A stretch of DNA of 64,000 nt from Muribaculaceae bacterium (GTDB taxonomy: Bacteria; Bacillota; Clostridia; Lachnospirales; Lachnospiraceae). Location of the stretch: positions 822,680-886,679 of the forward strand of contig JAMPCA010000001.1 of NCBI GenBank assembly GCA_023666425.1. Direction: 5' to 3'. The notes below the pieces were generated by a model. It ran no database searches, was not told the DNA's origin, and was given only the letters and a program-made list of their open reading frames with translations. Below, piece after piece: positions 1-9,159 of the stretch. Positions within the stretch are counted from its first letter, which is position 1. Every line of letters begins with the position of its first letter. The position numbers and the translations under genes are program-made.

Positions 1-185
1 CTCTTCCTATACGAAATTACTGCGGTCTACAGTTTTGAAACAAGTCCTAAAAAAGGGCGCAGTAATCCCGTAAACGTCTATTTGTGCATGTTTTTGACTG
101 CGAGCTGCTGGAGCAGATCGGCATGTATCCGAGTCCGGTCATACTGTTTTCCTTTCTGCAATGTCATCATGGTTATCCACATCTG

Positions 186-818
186 CTAAAGCCTTTTCAA
201 ATAATCCTCTAAACATTGTCGCATTTTGGGACGATTAAAAAGCTCTAAGTGGTAAAATATTTTCGCATATGCCCAGATATCATACCGAAAACACTCTGCC
301 TTCGTAAGCTCACACTCCTCGTGCGTCCAATACAGGGCATTGGCAAAATTCTCGACGTATTCCTGCGTATCACAAATATTATCTGGGAATTCCATATCAT
401 AGCTTTCCTTCAGATAATTCTTCACCTGAAGCTTTTCCCCAGGCGCAATAGCAGACTCCTTAAATAAATCGTCAAGCATATAGGCTTTTATCACATTAAG
501 CCCTATAAATAAAGCTAATTTTTCGTTTGCATTTCTAACTATTGCTGCTCCGCCACAGCCCTCCAGCGGCCTTACTTTTATTATGGCTCCACATATGCAC
601 GATGCCAGTTTGTGTCTGTCCAGCCTGTCTCCGTGCATATTTTTTAATGCCATTGTTTTGTAATTTTCAAACTCCCCGCATATCACATATTGTATGGGAA
701 GTTTGTCCACTTTTTCCTTTATACAGTAATTTATATTGCTTTTGCATATCTGAACAAGCAGAGGATCTATGATTCTAAAATATAGCTTCTTGTATGTATC
801 TGACGGCTTTATCATCAT
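186..818 (-). CDS. hypothetical protein (AT-rich accessory gene)
   Basis: 210-aa ORF in a distinctly AT-rich segment (1-1100) unlike the GC-rich bulk of the window. No recognisable motif. Follows a 62-aa ORF on the same strand after a 14-bp gap. Confidence 0.45.
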   Translation of the reverse strand: MMIKPSDTYKKLYFRIIDPLLVQICKSNINYCIKEKVDKLPIQYVICGEFENYKTMALKNMHGDRLDRHKLASCICGAIIKVRPLEGCGGAAIVRNANEKLALFIGLNVIKAYMLDDLFKESAIAPGEKLQVKNYLKESYDMEFPDNICDTQEYVENFANALYWTHEECELTKAECFRYDIWAYAKIFYHLELFNRPKMRQCLEDYLKRL

Positions 819-832
819 TCGTGTCAGTCTCC

Positions 833-1021
833 TCAGTTATTGAATGTAAATTCTTTTTCCGTCCCATCTGAATACCTGATCATACCGCCATGCATACTGC
901 TTTCTTCACCGTAAAAGTCCAGAACGCTTCCGAAATCAGTATCATTATTATAATTCTTACAGGCATCGCCATAGCTCTCATCTGCTGATAATGCCTTCAA
1001 TAACCCCTCCGCCGCTAACAT
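833..1021 (-). CDS. small hypothetical protein
   Basis: 62-aa ORF with a strong SD (GGAGGTG) 7 nt upstream of the ATG on the minus strand. Upstream operator-like inverted repeats (CCAAT-N7-ATTGG, CAATAT-N18-ATATTG). No family recognised. Confidence 0.35.
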   Translation of the reverse strand: MLAAEGLLKALSADESYGDACKNYNNDTDFGSVLDFYGEESSMHGGMIRYSDGTEKEFTFNN

Positions 1022-1249
1022 AGTAGCACCTCCATTTTCTCTTTTACACGTCTTTGGTATACAATATGACAGATTCCAATTTTTGATATTGGAAACCGCT
1101 ATATTGGTAATACTAACATATTAGAATTACAAAGTAAAGAATTTACCCGTATTTTTGTCAACTTTTCTGTCAATATCCTTATCAAAAATTGCAGCGTTTC
1201 TATAACGCACAGACACAAAAAGGTACTGAAAAAACCAGCACCTTTTGCA

Positions 1250-1323
1250 TAGCGAGAGAGAGACTCGAACTCTCAACCTCCCGGGTATGAACCGGACGCT
1301 CTAGCCAGTTGAGCCATCTCGCC
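1250..1323 (-). tRNA. tRNA-Met (anticodon CAT; could be elongator Met or Ile2-lysidine type)
   Basis: 74-nt cloverleaf read from the reverse complement: acceptor GGCGAGA/TCTCGCT (G1-U72), D-arm GCTC..GAGC, anticodon stem CCGG/CCGG with loop TTCATAC, T-arm GAGAG-TTCGAGT-CTCTC. No encoded CCA. Confidence 0.75.
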
Positions 1324-1351
1324 ATATGGAATTATAAATATAAATCCATCG

Positions 1352-1424
1352 TGGGACCTATAGGGCTCGAACCTATGACCCTCTGCTTGTAAGGCAGATG
1401 CTCTCCCAGCTGAGCTAAGATCCC
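1352..1424 (-). tRNA. tRNA-Val (anticodon TAC)
   Basis: Reverse complement GGGATCTTAGCTCAGCTGGGAGAGCATCTGCCTTACAAGCAGAGGGTCATAGGTTCGAGCCCTATAGGTCCCA. Anticodon loop CTTACAA. Canonical D and T arms. Confidence 0.8.
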
Positions 1425-1458
1425 ATTTCACCGGACGGCTTTGCCGACCGACTTGCTT

Positions 1459-1487
1459 ATTATATCCCGACTGTCAGAGTTTGTCAA
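1459..1487 (-). promoter_or_regulatory. sigma-A type promoter for the tRNA-Val/tRNA-Met operon
   Basis: Minus strand TTGACA-17 nt-TATAAT, perfect consensus. Lies about 35 nt upstream of the tRNA-Val 5' end. A hairpin plus T-run terminator follows tRNA-Met at about 1210-1248. Confidence 0.55.
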
Positions 1488-1532
1488 CTACTATTTTGAA
1501 ATTATCATAGCAAAATTATCATAGAAATCATA

Positions 1533-3986
1533 TCACTTCAGAAGCCTCTCCACCAGCTTCACACACTCTGCCGCATCCTTCGAGTAACCGTCGGCGCCAA
1601 TCTCATCGGCAAAGCTCTGGGTGATACATGCGCCGCCGATGATGACCTTGCTGGTACAGCCCTTCTGCCTGCACAGCTCCACGACCTCCTGCATCCGCAT
1701 CATGGTGGTCGTCATCAGTGCCGAGAGACCTATGACAGCCGCCTGCTCCCGCATCGCGGCATCTACGATCACCTCCGCCGGAACGTCCTTGCCCAGATCA
1801 ATCACATGGTAGCCGTAATTTTTTAGCATCAGCGCCACAAGATTCTTGCCTATATCGTGAATGTCCCCCTCCACCGTGGCAATCACCACGGTCGGAAGCT
1901 GTTCGCCGCCCTCCTTTTGCGCCAGCATCGGCTCCAGATAGTCGATGGCAAGCTTCATAGTGTTGGCGCTTCCGATGAGCTGGGGAAGAAAGTATTTTTT
2001 CTCTTCAAAGAGCTGTCCCACCGCGTTGATCGCCGCAATCAGGTAATTGTCGATGATTTCTTCCGGCTTCACTCCGGCCTCCAGCGTCCGCTTTACCTCC
2101 CCGAGGATGCTTCCCTTACTGCCCTTGAGCACCGCTGTAAATACCGGATGGGAACACGCCCCGTCTGCCGCTTCACCGGCGGCCTGTGGCGCAGAAGACT
2201 CCGCTTTCTTTTGTATCACTACCGTCTCATATCCTGCCCGTTCTTCCGCCAGCCGGTTCATACGCTCAATATAACGGATATCACTGTCGGGACGGTGCAT
2301 GAGCATATCCGAGGCAAAAGCCGCATTCATTAAAAGCTCCTGCGACGGGTTTGCAATCGCCATCGTAAGCCCCCGGCTGATGGCCATTGTAAGAAATGCG
2401 GCGTTTACATAACTCCTCTCCGGCAGCCCAAAAGAGATATTGGACAGACCGCAGAGGGTGGGAAGCTTTCGCCTGCTGCAGCAGAAGTCAATCGTCTCAC
2501 AGCACTCCTTCGCCGCCTCCGGGTTGGCTCCGATCGTGGCCACCAGCGCGTCCACCACGATATCCGCATGGGTCAGGCCGAGAGCCATTGCCTTTTCATA
2601 TACTGCCTCAATATTCCTCTGCTTTTCAGCGGAATCCTTCGGAAGCCCCTCGTCAGAGAGGGGCAGAAGTACAAACATCGCCCCGTACTTTTTCGCGAGG
2701 GGAAGGATTTTTTCGATTTTTTCCTTCTCCAGGGAAACCGAGTTGATCAGCGCCCGCCCCGGGTAGATGCGGAGCGCCGCCCCGATCACCTCCGGGTAGC
2801 TGCTGTCCACGCAGAGAGGACAGTCCACGGTGGCGGCCAGCTCGCAGATGACCCGCTCCATCATCTCCCGCTCATCGATGCCGTTCATTCCCATATTGAC
2901 GTCCAGAATTGCCGCGCCCTGCTCTTCCTGCTCTCTCGCCATCTGGCGAACCAGATCCAGTTTTCCCTCCTTAAGCTCCTCCTGCAGCTTTTTCTTTCCG
3001 GTGGGGTTAATGCGCTCCCCCACTATCAGAAACTTACCCTCCAGTGCAATCTCTACATTTTTTCTCTCCGAGGATAATATGCGCCGGTGTTCCTTCAAAG
3101 GCTTGTGCAGAGCTTTGCCAGATACCGCGGCGGCCAGCGCGCGCATGTGCTCCTTCGTCGTACCGCAGCAGCCGCCCACAATGGACGCCCCCGCATCCAC
3201 CAGCGCCGCTCCCGCCCGGGCAAATTCCTCCGGCGTCATGCGGTATACGGTCTTTTTCCCCTCAAGTTCAGGTAAACCCGCGTTGGGCTTTGCGACAATG
3301 GGAACCGTCGCATACTCCGCCATTTTTTTCACCGGCTCCACCATCTCCGCAGGGCCGGTCGAACAGTTGATGCCGATGGCGTCCACGCCGAGGGACTGGA
3401 GCACTGTCACAGCTGTCTCCGGCGGCGTTCCAAACAGTGTCCGTCCGTCCTCATTGTAGGTGAGGGTCACCATAATGGGAAGGTCACAGACCTCCCGGAT
3501 TGCAAATACCGCCGCCCGGCTCTCCTGCAGGCTCATCATGGTCTCCACCGCAAAAAGATCCACTCCCGCATCCACCAGCGCCCGCGCCTGCTCCTTATAG
3601 ACCGCCACCAGCTCTTCAAACATAAGCTCTCCCAGCGGAAAAAGCTGCTGTCCGGTCATGGTCATGTCTCCCGCCACCAGCGCCCGCTCCCCGACGGCGG
3701 ACTTTGAGAGCGCCACCAGCGCCCGGTTCATTTCCTCCAGCTTGTCCGCCAGGGCATATTCCTCCAGCTTGATCCGGTTCGCCGTAAAAGTCGGCGCGTA
3801 AACAATCTGGCTGCCAGCCTCCACATAGTCCTGCTGCAGGCGGACAAACACCCCGGGATTCTCTAAAATCCAGGCCTCCGGGCATACGCCCACGGGCATT
3901 CCCGCCTCCATAAGATTGGTGCCCGTCGCTCCGTCTAAAATCAGCGGTCCTTTTTTCACAAGCTCCGCAAATTCTCTTTTTGTCAT
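1533..3986 (-). CDS. metH: methionine synthase, cobalamin-dependent (short form without reactivation domain)
   Basis: 817 aa. N-terminal homocysteine S-methyltransferase domain, pterin-binding domain, and C-terminal B12-binding region (GGACITQSFADEIGADGY). The length is typical of clostridial MetH. Confidence 0.9.
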   Translation of the reverse strand: MTKREFAELVKKGPLILDGATGTNLMEAGMPVGVCPEAWILENPGVFVRLQQDYVEAGSQIVYAPTFTANRIKLEEYALADKLEEMNRALVALSKSAVGERALVAGDMTMTGQQLFPLGELMFEELVAVYKEQARALVDAGVDLFAVETMMSLQESRAAVFAIREVCDLPIMVTLTYNEDGRTLFGTPPETAVTVLQSLGVDAIGINCSTGPAEMVEPVKKMAEYATVPIVAKPNAGLPELEGKKTVYRMTPEEFARAGAALVDAGASIVGGCCGTTKEHMRALAAAVSGKALHKPLKEHRRILSSERKNVEIALEGKFLIVGERINPTGKKKLQEELKEGKLDLVRQMAREQEEQGAAILDVNMGMNGIDEREMMERVICELAATVDCPLCVDSSYPEVIGAALRIYPGRALINSVSLEKEKIEKILPLAKKYGAMFVLLPLSDEGLPKDSAEKQRNIEAVYEKAMALGLTHADIVVDALVATIGANPEAAKECCETIDFCCSRRKLPTLCGLSNISFGLPERSYVNAAFLTMAISRGLTMAIANPSQELLMNAAFASDMLMHRPDSDIRYIERMNRLAEERAGYETVVIQKKAESSAPQAAGEAADGACSHPVFTAVLKGSKGSILGEVKRTLEAGVKPEEIIDNYLIAAINAVGQLFEEKKYFLPQLIGSANTMKLAIDYLEPMLAQKEGGEQLPTVVIATVEGDIHDIGKNLVALMLKNYGYHVIDLGKDVPAEVIVDAAMREQAAVIGLSALMTTTMMRMQEVVELCRQKGCTSKVIIGGACITQSFADEIGADGYSKDAAECVKLVERLLK

Positions 3987-4142
3987 ATGTCTCTCCTACG
4001 AATCTGTGATTGCAGTTTTATCAATTCTCCTATATAATATAACGCATGTTGCGGACAAATCCCAGCATTTTATGAAAAAACACCAAAAGTCCTGCACACA
4101 CATGTGATAAAACACGAATACGACAAAACGGAGGTTCAAAGC

Positions 4143-4991
4143 ATGGCGGATTATAAACTCGTCGCCCTCGATCTGGACGGCACACTATTTGACGATAACA
4201 GTAGAATTTCGGACGGCAACCTCGCCGCCCTCAGACGGATTACCGATGCGGGCATCCACGCGGTAATCTCCACCGGGCGTCCCTTCCTCGGTCTTCCCTT
4301 CGACCAGCTGAAAGGCAGCGGAATCGACTACGCCATCACGGCAAACGGGAGCGCCATCTACCGTCTCTCCACCAAAGAATGTCTCTGCGAGGAGGCCATG
4401 GACGCCGACGATATTTTTCCCATTCTCGATTTTCTTCTCACAAAGGATATCCATCTCGTCGCCTTCATCGAAGGAAAGGGCTATCTGCCGGTACAGTTCG
4501 TTTCCACCGGGGAAAAGCTTCCATTGCCCGCAGAAATCAAATATTATGTGACAAAGACGCGCACTCTGGTGGAGGATCTTAAGGGCTTTATCCGGGAAAA
4601 TAATAAAAAAATCCAGAAAGTAACCCTGAATTTCTATGCGGACGAAAACGGAAACTTTATAGACCGGGAGGAAGTGCGCATATTTCTTGAAAATAATCCG
4701 GCCGTCTCCTGCGTCTGCGGCGGCTACAACAATCTTGAATTCACCCGGGCGGACGTGAATAAGGGGCGGGGACTTTGCACCCTCGCCCGCCTTCTGCAGA
4801 TTGCGGAGACGGACACCATGGCAATCGGGGATTCCGGGAACGATCTCGCGATCCTCAGGGCCGCCGGTCTTGGAATCGCCATGGGCAACGCCTCCGGGGA
4901 GGTTCTGGCGGAGGCCTCCTACATCACGGATACGAATGGAAACGACGGTGTTGCCGCCGCCCTAATGCATTTTTTCCCGGAATTGTTCTGA
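4143..4991 (+). CDS. HAD-family hydrolase, Cof-type (HAD-IIB) phosphatase
   Basis: Motif I LVALDLDGTLFDD, and the C-terminal GDSGNDLAIL motif. Start moved to the ATG at 4143, which has a GGAGG SD 8 nt upstream. The track ORF starts at 4104. Confidence 0.8.
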   Translation: MADYKLVALDLDGTLFDDNSRISDGNLAALRRITDAGIHAVISTGRPFLGLPFDQLKGSGIDYAITANGSAIYRLSTKECLCEEAMDADDIFPILDFLLTKDIHLVAFIEGKGYLPVQFVSTGEKLPLPAEIKYYVTKTRTLVEDLKGFIRENNKKIQKVTLNFYADENGNFIDREEVRIFLENNPAVSCVCGGYNNLEFTRADVNKGRGLCTLARLLQIAETDTMAIGDSGNDLAILRAAGLGIAMGNASGEVLAEASYITDTNGNDGVAAALMHFFPELF

Positions 4992-4992
4992 C

Positions 4993-6144
4993 TCATCCCC
5001 GCAGCAGAGCGACGCTCTTTTCCAGCGCATGAACCACCGCATTTACCTCGTCCCTCGTGGTGTCCCTTCCCATGGTAAAGCGCACGCTCCCTGCGGCAAA
5101 ATTCTCCGGCACGCGGATTGCCTCAATGACATGGGACACTCTCGTCTCCCCGGTATTGCAGGCGCTTCCCGCCGAGGCGCAGATTCCATATTCCTCCAAA
5201 AGCACTAAAAGCGAGGTCGCATCGACGCCCTCTATGCTGAAATTCACATTGCCCGGAAGCCTGCGGTGGGGATGCCCGTTTAAGCGCACGCCGGAAATCT
5301 CGTGGAGCACCCGCTCACAGAAATAATTCCGAAGCCGGATCAGGCGCGCTCTGGTAAAGCGCATTTCCGAGGCGGCGATTTTTAATGCCTCCGCCATTCC
5401 CACAATTCCCGCCACATTCTCCGTCCCCGCGCGCTTTCCCCGCTCCTGGCTTCCGCCGTGAATGAAGGACGGAAGATCCTGATCCGCTTTTACATAGAGA
5501 AAACCCACTCCCTTAGGGCCGTGGAACTTGTGGCCGCTGGCGCTCAAAAGATCCACCGGAAGCCTTGCTGCAGACAGGGGAATCTGCCCCACCACCTGCA
5601 CCGCGTCCGTGTGGAATACAATTTCATGCTTTCGCGCAAGCGCGCCAATCTCGCCTATGGGCTCTAATGTTCCAATCTCATTGTTTCCTGCCATAATGGT
5701 AATCAGCGTCGTATCCTCGCGGATACTCTCCTTAAGCGCCTCCAGACTTACCATTCCAAAATCGTCCACGTCCAGATATGTGACCGCATAACCCAGCTGC
5801 TCTAAGTACTGGCAGGAGCGCAGCACCGCATGATGCTCGATTTTTGAGGTGATGATATGCCTCCCCTTATGCTTTCTTGCCCCCGCAATGTTTTTGATGG
5901 CCCAGTTGTCCGATTCGCTTCCGCCCGAAGTAAAATAGATTTCCTCCGGCGAAGCTTCAATAATTTTTGCAATCTCCGCCCGGGCTTCCTCAACCGCCTC
6001 CCGGCTCTTAGCACCCAGACCGTATCCGGTGGAGGCATTTCCAAACTCCTCCTTCATGTAAGGCTCCATGGCGGCCCGCACCTGCGGCAGCATCTCGGTA
6101 GTAGCCGCGTGATCCATATATATTTTACAACTCATATCCTGCAC
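4993..6144 (-). CDS. cysteine desulfurase (NifS/IscS family, PLP-dependent)
   Basis: 383 aa. The SASGHKFHGPKGVGFLY pyridoxal-lysine motif and overall class-V aminotransferase layout. Confidence 0.85.
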   Translation of the reverse strand: MQDMSCKIYMDHAATTEMLPQVRAAMEPYMKEEFGNASTGYGLGAKSREAVEEARAEIAKIIEASPEEIYFTSGGSESDNWAIKNIAGARKHKGRHIITSKIEHHAVLRSCQYLEQLGYAVTYLDVDDFGMVSLEALKESIREDTTLITIMAGNNEIGTLEPIGEIGALARKHEIVFHTDAVQVVGQIPLSAARLPVDLLSASGHKFHGPKGVGFLYVKADQDLPSFIHGGSQERGKRAGTENVAGIVGMAEALKIAASEMRFTRARLIRLRNYFCERVLHEISGVRLNGHPHRRLPGNVNFSIEGVDATSLLVLLEEYGICASAGSACNTGETRVSHVIEAIRVPENFAAGSVRFTMGRDTTRDEVNAVVHALEKSVALLRG

Positions 6145-6189
6145 CCCTTTTTCATAGAATAAGTACCAAGGTATCCATCGGAGTATCCC

Positions 6190-7530
6190 TTGAAAATATC
6201 CAGATTACTGAAAAACCCACTTGTCACCGGTACACTGCTGATGACCGCCGCCGGCGTCATCAGCCGCATCATCGGCTTCTTCTATAGAATATTCCTCTCA
6301 CGGACGATTGGTGCAGAATCCTTAGGTATCTATCAGCTCATGGGGCCGGTATTCTCTATGTGCTTCGCGCTGACCGCCTCCTCCATCCAGACTGCCATCT
6401 CCAAATTTGTCGGGGACGCCACCGGAAAATGCGGGGGCAAAAGCTGTGGTGAGAGCAAGGCAAGGCTCTATCTCGGGCTGGGACTTGTCCTCTCCTGCGC
6501 GCTCTCTGTGCTCTGCGGCCTTGTCGTCCACCGGAATGCTGACTGGCTTGCCGCCTCCATTCTCGGCGAAGCGCGCTGCGCGCCGCTTCTTATTCTTTTA
6601 ACCTACACCCTGCTGCCCTCCTGCATCCACGCCTGCATCAACGGCTACTATTACGGGAAGCAGAAGGCTCTTGTGCCCTCCATCTGCCAGCTCGTGGAGC
6701 AGCTGGCAAGGGTGGGGGCGGTCTGGCTCATATGGAACGTCGTGACGGAGCAGGGAGAAACTTTAAGCGAATGGCATGCGGTCGCAGGCCTTGTCATCGG
6801 GGAATTTTTCGGACTTTTGGTATCCCTCATCGCCCTTGCCATGGAACCACGTCTCTCCCGGAATGACTATCTGTGCATGAAGGACAGTCTCGGCACAATG
6901 GCCTTCTCTCTTGGCGCCATGGTACTTCCCCTCACGATGAACCGCGTTCTTTTATCCGCCAGTACCAGCCTTGAAAATCTGCTGATTCCACAAAAACTGC
7001 AGGAGTTTGGCTACTGCGCAAAGGATGCACTCTCCATCTACGGAATTCTGACCGGAATGACCATGTCCATCATTCTCTTTCCGGGGGTACTGACAAATTC
7101 CTTTTCCGTTCTGCTCCTGCCCTCGGTATCCGAGGCCAAAGCGGCAGGAAGGGAGAACCTGATTCATGCGGCAATCCGAAAGGCTGTCATCTATGGTATG
7201 CTGCTGGGACTCGTGTTCACCGTGCTTTTCTTTCTCGGCGGAAGCTGGATTGGCAATCACCTGTTCCACAACGCCCTCGCCGGGCTCTACATCCGGCGGC
7301 TCTCCTTTCTGTGTCCGCTCATGTACATTACGAGCCTTCTCAACAGCATCATGCACGGACTCGGTATGCCGGGGCGCGTCCTCGCCATCAATCTTTTCGC
7401 CTGCCTGATACGCATCGCTATGATCTTCTTCGTGGTGCCCTCGGCAGGGATCGGCGCCTATCTGTGGAGCATGGTAATAAGTCAGGTGTTCGCGGCAATT
7501 GCCTGCATAGTGGAACTGAGAAACCAGTAA
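6190..7530 (+). CDS. MOP-superfamily oligosaccharide flippase (SpoVB / polysaccharide biosynthesis protein family)
   Basis: 446-aa polytopic membrane protein. N-terminus resembles SpoVB/MurJ-like Wzx flippases. Confidence 0.65.
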   Translation: MKISRLLKNPLVTGTLLMTAAGVISRIIGFFYRIFLSRTIGAESLGIYQLMGPVFSMCFALTASSIQTAISKFVGDATGKCGGKSCGESKARLYLGLGLVLSCALSVLCGLVVHRNADWLAASILGEARCAPLLILLTYTLLPSCIHACINGYYYGKQKALVPSICQLVEQLARVGAVWLIWNVVTEQGETLSEWHAVAGLVIGEFFGLLVSLIALAMEPRLSRNDYLCMKDSLGTMAFSLGAMVLPLTMNRVLLSASTSLENLLIPQKLQEFGYCAKDALSIYGILTGMTMSIILFPGVLTNSFSVLLLPSVSEAKAAGRENLIHAAIRKAVIYGMLLGLVFTVLFFLGGSWIGNHLFHNALAGLYIRRLSFLCPLMYITSLLNSIMHGLGMPGRVLAINLFACLIRIAMIFFVVPSAGIGAYLWSMVISQVFAAIACIVELRNQ

Positions 7531-7554
7531 ATAAAATCGGACTGTGAAAAACCA

Positions 7555-8562
7555 TTACTTTTTCACAGTCCAGTCTTTACAGGCGCGCATCAGCGACCAT
7601 ATTCCGCCCACCGCCATCATCAGATAAAAGCTGATCCCCCTTACCACACACAAGGAAGGAATCAGATCATCCGCTGGGAAAATACCGCTGTACACACTCC
7701 TGTACATGGCTTCTGTAATCCCCTGCGCTCCCGGAACCGGCAGCATATCGACCGCAATACACACAGAGGCCTGCAGCATGGAGACCTCTGACAAAGATGC
7801 GCCGGATAAACCCATGCCTGCATACACGGCATATGTCAGTACAAATACGGTAAGCCTTTGCAAAAAGGTGAAAATAAGCGTTATCCCGAGCAGCTTTTTA
7901 TGCCCCCGCAGAAAGCGGACAGTCTCCTGATACCCCGCCAGAAACTGTTCTATTTTCTCTCTTCTTTTACCGGACTGCTTCCAGAGCCCCATGCGCACCA
8001 GCAGCCCCTCTGCCTTAAGCAGAACCTTCCGTATGCCATTTGGCGAAAGCATCACGGACAGCAGGGCAGACACCAGCACGATATGAAGAAGAAGCCCCAA
8101 TACATACAGCAGATAATACTCTCTCAAATATGTCTTTAACGCCCCTCCCCAGAAAAGCAGAAGTCCAAACCCTATACACACAAGTGCAAATTTATAGCAG
8201 ACAGCAACTGTCATCAAAACCACCGAGGCTGCAGAGAGGGAACTTCCATCCTTTTTCATGTAGTACAGCTGCATGGGCTGTCCACCCGTTGCGGAAGGCG
8301 TGATGCCGGAAAAGAAAAAGCCTGTAAAGGAATAAGAGAGGCAGGAAAGCAGGGAATTCTGTTCTCCAAGTCCTCTCAGCAGATACCAGATCATGCCTCC
8401 CTCCAGGGATACAAAACATAAAGCCAGACAAACGGCAAGCATTGTATGCTCCCATGACATTTTTCTCACGGATGCCACAATTTCCCAGAAATCCTGCTCT
8501 TTTAATACGCTCCAGAAAGTCAGCGCCATGACCGCCGCAAATAAGCCTGCGCTTATCCACAT
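7555..8562 (-). CDS. UPF0104 / lysyl-phosphatidylglycerol-synthase-TM-like flippase-domain membrane protein
   Basis: Polytopic membrane protein resembling the MprF N-terminal flippase domain (LPG_synthase_TM). Start set at the ATG at 8562 (MWISAG...), which has an AAGGA SD. Track ORF start is 8631. Confidence 0.6.
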   Translation of the reverse strand: MWISAGLFAAVMALTFWSVLKEQDFWEIVASVRKMSWEHTMLAVCLALCFVSLEGGMIWYLLRGLGEQNSLLSCLSYSFTGFFFSGITPSATGGQPMQLYYMKKDGSSLSAASVVLMTVAVCYKFALVCIGFGLLLFWGGALKTYLREYYLLYVLGLLLHIVLVSALLSVMLSPNGIRKVLLKAEGLLVRMGLWKQSGKRREKIEQFLAGYQETVRFLRGHKKLLGITLIFTFLQRLTVFVLTYAVYAGMGLSGASLSEVSMLQASVCIAVDMLPVPGAQGITEAMYRSVYSGIFPADDLIPSLCVVRGISFYLMMAVGGIWSLMRACKDWTVKK

Positions 8563-8572
8563 TTTTTTCCTT

Positions 8573-9145
8573 TTATTTTCCTTCATAAGCAGATATATGT
8601 TCCAGTTTAAACGCAGGAACTGCAGGCACAATCTCTGACAGCTTTCCCTCGAAGATCACCTGCATTTCCTTATACTCATAGAAATCTTTTGGTGTGACAA
8701 GCGAAAAATGCTTTTGGGAAACAGATATTCCATTTTCCTGCAGAAGCTTCGCTATGTATGAGGCGCAGGTAAAATGATTGCGGATATAAAAGGGAATATT
8801 CCACACAATAAAAGGCAGGCCAAGCACTGCATAGTGGATAGAGAAACGCCTGCTATAGTCCCCGCGCAGCCTTTCCAGTATCCTCCGCCTCTGCTCCAGG
8901 GTGCATTCCAGCTCACAGATCCGGTAATGCGCCGACGGAAACACATGAAGAATTTCGTTCTTATCCTCCCTCTCAAAGCCCGCAATCACCGGAACCGCCG
9001 GATAACGCCTCCCCACGCTGTAGGCCTCTGTCAGCAGGGCGTCCGCAGAAATCACTACATGGATATACCTCTGCTTTATAAAGCCTTTAATAATCGTTGC
9101 AAAAATTCCCGGCGTCTCTACTAACGCAATGTAAATATGTGCCAT
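8573..9145 (-). CDS. hypothetical protein (operonic between GT2 and the flippase-like gene)
   Basis: Start set at the ATG at 9145, with an AAGGAG SD 6 nt upstream. The track start at 9163 is a GTG. Conserved His/Cys positions but no family recognised. Confidence 0.5.
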   Translation of the reverse strand: MAHIYIALVETPGIFATIIKGFIKQRYIHVVISADALLTEAYSVGRRYPAVPVIAGFEREDKNEILHVFPSAHYRICELECTLEQRRRILERLRGDYSRRFSIHYAVLGLPFIVWNIPFYIRNHFTCASYIAKLLQENGISVSQKHFSLVTPKDFYEYKEMQVIFEGKLSEIVPAVPAFKLEHISAYEGK

Positions 9146-9159
9146 GTTTTCTCCTTCGC

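Noticed and set aside
1621-3885. Multiple plus- and minus-strand ORFs of 60-200 aa inside metH (e.g. 1857..2333, 2568..3077, 2830..3459, 3616..3885)
   Set aside because: They lie wholly within and antisense or out of frame to a well-supported 817-aa metH gene. Their Ala/Arg/Pro-rich composition is typical of spurious frames in GC-rich DNA.
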